This document shows, piece after piece, positions 29,694 through 32,000 of a DNA stretch of 32,000 bases (positions are counted from its first letter, which is position 1; the number at the start of each line of letters is the position of its first letter). Both the position numbers and the translations under genes were made by a program. The notes beneath the pieces are model-generated. The model searched no databases. It was not told the origin of the DNA and worked only from the letters and a program-made list of their open reading frames with translations. Origin of the DNA: Erysipelothrix inopinata (GTDB lineage Bacteria; Bacillota_I; Bacilli_A; Erysipelotrichales; Erysipelotrichaceae); NCBI RefSeq assembly GCF_014396165.1, contig NZ_CP060715.1:570001-602000 (forward strand). The letters are read 5' to 3'.

Positions 29694-30593
29694 ATGAAAA
29701 ATGTATTTATGAAAGAAGCAATCGAAGAGGCAAAGAAAGCATACAATCTTGATGAAGTACCGGTGGGTGCTGTTGTCGTCAAAGATGGTGTCATCATTTC
29801 ACGAGCACACAATATGAGAGAAACCTTGAAGAAACCAAGTGCTCACGCTGAAATTATCGCAATAGATAAAGCAGCAGAAGTTATTGGTAGTTGGAATTTA
29901 TCGGAATGCGATCTTTATGTCACTTTAGAACCCTGTCCAATGTGTGCGGGTGCTTTACTGCAGTCAAGAATACGGAAAATATATTTTGGTGCGCAGGAAC
30001 CTAAGAGTGGGTGTTTTGGATCTGTTGCTGATTTTCGAGAGATTCAAGGATTTACACACTATCCAGAAATTGAAGGAGGCATTCTCCAAGAAGCGTGCCA
30101 AGAAATCATTCAAGATTACTTTAAAGAAAAACGCCAAGATACAGTTCAAGTAAAAAGAGTTACGACGCAAGAACAACTCCAACAATGTTTGGATATCAGA
30201 AAAAAAGTGTTTGTACAAGAACAACATGTAGATATCTCTATAGAGGTTGATCAATACGATGTCATTGATTCGGAAGAAGTTAAACATGTCATTGCGGTAT
30301 ATCAAGGATCTGCTGTAGGAACCTTACGTTACTTCAAAGAAGGAAAACGTTACAAAGTGGGTCGTGTAGCAGTATTATCAACACATAGAGGTCTTGATAT
30401 TGGCACGAAGATGCTTAACTATGTAGAGAAACAAGCACTAAACAATGGCATTGAAGAAATATATTTAGGTGCACAATGTAGAAGTATGAAATTCTATCTT
30501 AGAAATGGATATGAAGCTTATGGTGATGTTTATGAAGAAGCTAATATCGAACACCAGTATATGAAGAAAAGTCTAAAAGAAAAGGGGCTCTAG
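29694..30593 (+). CDS. tadA: tRNA adenosine(34) deaminase TadA fused to a C-terminal GNAT family N-acetyltransferase domain
   Basis: 299 aa from ATG 29694 (AAAGGAGAG RBS). Residues ~1-150 carry the CDA motifs SAHAEIIAI and LEPCPMCAGAL. Residues ~155-299 carry GNAT features (VGRVAVLSTHRGLDIGTKMLNYVEKQA, YLRNGYEAYG). Confidence 0.85.
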   Translation: MKNVFMKEAIEEAKKAYNLDEVPVGAVVVKDGVIISRAHNMRETLKKPSAHAEIIAIDKAAEVIGSWNLSECDLYVTLEPCPMCAGALLQSRIRKIYFGAQEPKSGCFGSVADFREIQGFTHYPEIEGGILQEACQEIIQDYFKEKRQDTVQVKRVTTQEQLQQCLDIRKKVFVQEQHVDISIEVDQYDVIDSEEVKHVIAVYQGSAVGTLRYFKEGKRYKVGRVAVLSTHRGLDIGTKMLNYVEKQALNNGIEEIYLGAQCRSMKFYLRNGYEAYGDVYEEANIEHQYMKKSLKEKGL

Positions 30594-30606
30594 TGAGTCC
30601 CTTTAA
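30582..30606. terminator. bidirectional terminator between tadA-GNAT and the sortase gene
   Basis: AAGGGGCTC-TAGT-GAGTCCCTT hairpin (one G-U pair) spans the tadA stop. Confidence 0.55.
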
Positions 30607-30609
30607 TGT

Positions 30610-31230
30610 TTAAGTGAGTGGTATAACTTCGACCAGTTCTGCTTTCACAATCGTTCGCCAAGGATTGACAGTGGATTGTTCGGTACAGGTTACGAGTGTT
30701 AATGTTGTTTTACCAGGAGTATCTTCGAGTACGGAAGTATCAGTATAGTGAACGTGGTCATCAATATTATAAATCTTATATACGAATGTGTTCTCTTTGT
30801 TACTGATTTTAACTTCGTCACCATTTTCAAGTTTATCGAAGTTTCTAAAGACACAGCTTGCACAACGTCCATTATGACCAGCTATTGAGAAGTTTCCTTC
30901 CAATGGTGGTTCAACAGAACGTTCCCAGGCTACAACATAACGATTAAGATAAGACCAATCATCTGATTTCATAATGAGATGATTCACATCTAATTTCTCA
31001 ATCTCGATAGTACCCCAAACAGTTCCAGTGGTTGCTTCTTCAGGTAATTCTTCGTCATCACTAAGTTGTGGTGCGTTCATGAAGTTTTGAAGATCACGTT
31101 TTTGTTGTTCTCGTTCAATATAGTTCACGACAAAATCCTTGCCGATGAGTGTTAACCCAGCGACAATCATGATTACGCCTAGAACTCCAAGGAAGCTCAC
31201 TTTTCTTTTCTTTTTCTTATTGTTTTCCAT
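30610..31230 (-). CDS. sortase family transpeptidase
   Basis: 206 aa. N-terminal basic stretch plus TM anchor, catalytic His (SIAGHNG), TLVTC catalytic Cys motif, and conserved Arg (WRTIVKA). Confidence 0.85.
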   Translation of the reverse strand: MENNKKKKRKVSFLGVLGVIMIVAGLTLIGKDFVVNYIEREQQKRDLQNFMNAPQLSDDEELPEEATTGTVWGTIEIEKLDVNHLIMKSDDWSYLNRYVVAWERSVEPPLEGNFSIAGHNGRCASCVFRNFDKLENGDEVKISNKENTFVYKIYNIDDHVHYTDTSVLEDTPGKTTLTLVTCTEQSTVNPWRTIVKAELVEVIPLT

Positions 31231-31305
31231 AGATTAATTATAGGATAATAATTGTTGGAATACAATAGAACCGACCTATGATATAATGTTAGAAAGGTGA
31301 TGAAA

Positions 31306-32000
31306 ATGGCATATCAATCGTTATATAGAAAGTATCGTCCTGCTACAATGGATGAAGTTGTAGGACAAGAACATATCTTAAATATTCTTAGAAATTCAAT
31401 CATAAAAGACAAGGTATCACATGCATACCTCTTTTGCGGTCCGAGAGGTACTGGAAAGACATCGATTGCGAAAGTCTTTGCCAATGCCATTAATTGTGAA
31501 GAACAAGGACAATTTGCCTGTGGCAAATGTCCGAACTGTCTTGCAAGCCAAGAGGGTAATCATCCTGACCTCATAGAAATTGATGCAGCAAGTAATAACG
31601 GAGTTGATGAAATACGAAGTGTTATTGACCGTGTGAAGTTTACACCAATTTTAGGTAAGTATAAAGTTTATATTATTGATGAGGTTCATATGCTATCTCA
31701 AGGTGCTTTTAATGCACTCTTGAAGACTCTAGAAGAACCACCAAGTCATGTTGTATTTATTCTCGCAACAACTGAAATTCATAAAGTTATTCCAACGATT
31801 ATTTCACGTTGCCAGCGATTCGACTTTATGAGAATTCCAGATCGTCAAATTGAAGAACGATTGGATTATGTACTCCAACAAGAAAATGTAGAAGCTGAAC
31901 CAGGAGCAACAGCACTTATTGCTTCCCTATCTGGGGGAGGACTTCGTAATGCTCTCACAATCTTAGAAAAAGCGATTATCCTTGCGGATGATCGAATTAC
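31306..32000 (+). CDS. dnaX: DNA polymerase III gamma/tau subunit, N-terminal part (continues beyond the window)
   Basis: Absent from the ORF track because no stop lies in the window. Own translation: MAYQSLYRKYRPATMDEVVGQEHILNIL...SHAYLFCGPRGTGKTSIAK...CGKCPNC...IIDEVHMLS...ISRCQRFDF. AAAGGTGA RBS and extended -10 TGATATAAT at 31277-31285. Confidence 0.95.
   Translation, partial: MAYQSLYRKYRPATMDEVVGQEHILNILRNSIIKDKVSHAYLFCGPRGTGKTSIAKVFANAINCEEQGQFACGKCPNCLASQEGNHPDLIEIDAASNNGVDEIRSVIDRVKFTPILGKYKVYIIDEVHMLSQGAFNALLKTLEEPPSHVVFILATTEIHKVIPTIISRCQRFDFMRIPDRQIEERLDYVLQQENVEAEPGATALIASLSGGGLRNALTILEKAIILADDRI

Noticed and set aside
29597-29812. 71-aa minus-strand ORF, and the MCVVAFLYP... 5' extension of the tadA ORF
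   Set aside because: Both overlap the SRP RNA gene and its terminator. The real tadA start at 29694 has a good RBS.

Overview
AT-rich, Firmicutes/Erysipelotrichia-like chromosomal replication-origin region. It is almost entirely core housekeeping genes, with one small accessory islet.

Layout:
- 1-12.9 kb: nearly all minus-strand genes. These are metG (partial), a Fur-family regulator, guaC, rsmI, holB, tmk, divIC, rqcP/yabO, mfd (reading frame broken), pth, jag, yidC, rnpA and rpmH. A Crp/Fnr regulator and a NUDIX hydrolase lie on the plus strand.
- 13.1-15.1 kb: a bipartite oriC. DnaA-box clusters flank dnaA, and an AT-rich unwinding region sits between dnaA and dnaN.
- After oriC, coding switches to the plus strand: dnaA-dnaN-yaaA-recF-gyrB-gyrA.
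- 22.1-27.1 kb: a variable islet with a DUF1858 protein, a DUF438 hemerythrin/PAS protein, a SAM methyltransferase, a membrane-anchored MerR-family regulator and an ISLre2-like insertion sequence with inverted repeats and an 8-bp target duplication.
- 27.1-32 kb: a Ser T-box leader plus serS, a Cof-type HAD hydrolase, a small SRP RNA invisible to the ORF track, a tadA-GNAT fusion gene, a sortase and the start of dnaX.

Most interesting observations:
1. Two perfect copies of the parS centromere consensus TGTTTCACGTGAAACA. One sits inside the serS T-box leader at the stem III position. The other sits in the divergent HAD/SRP-RNA promoter region. No parAB genes are in the window.
2. mfd is split by a 1-nt frameshift in a G4 run.
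3. tadA is fused to a GNAT acetyltransferase.
4. The MerR regulator is membrane-tethered and has a 19-nt-spacer promoter.

I found no CRISPR array, rRNA, tRNA, or recognisable defence or toxin system. I cannot honestly point to a convincing novel multi-gene system, so the findings are ranked candidates only.
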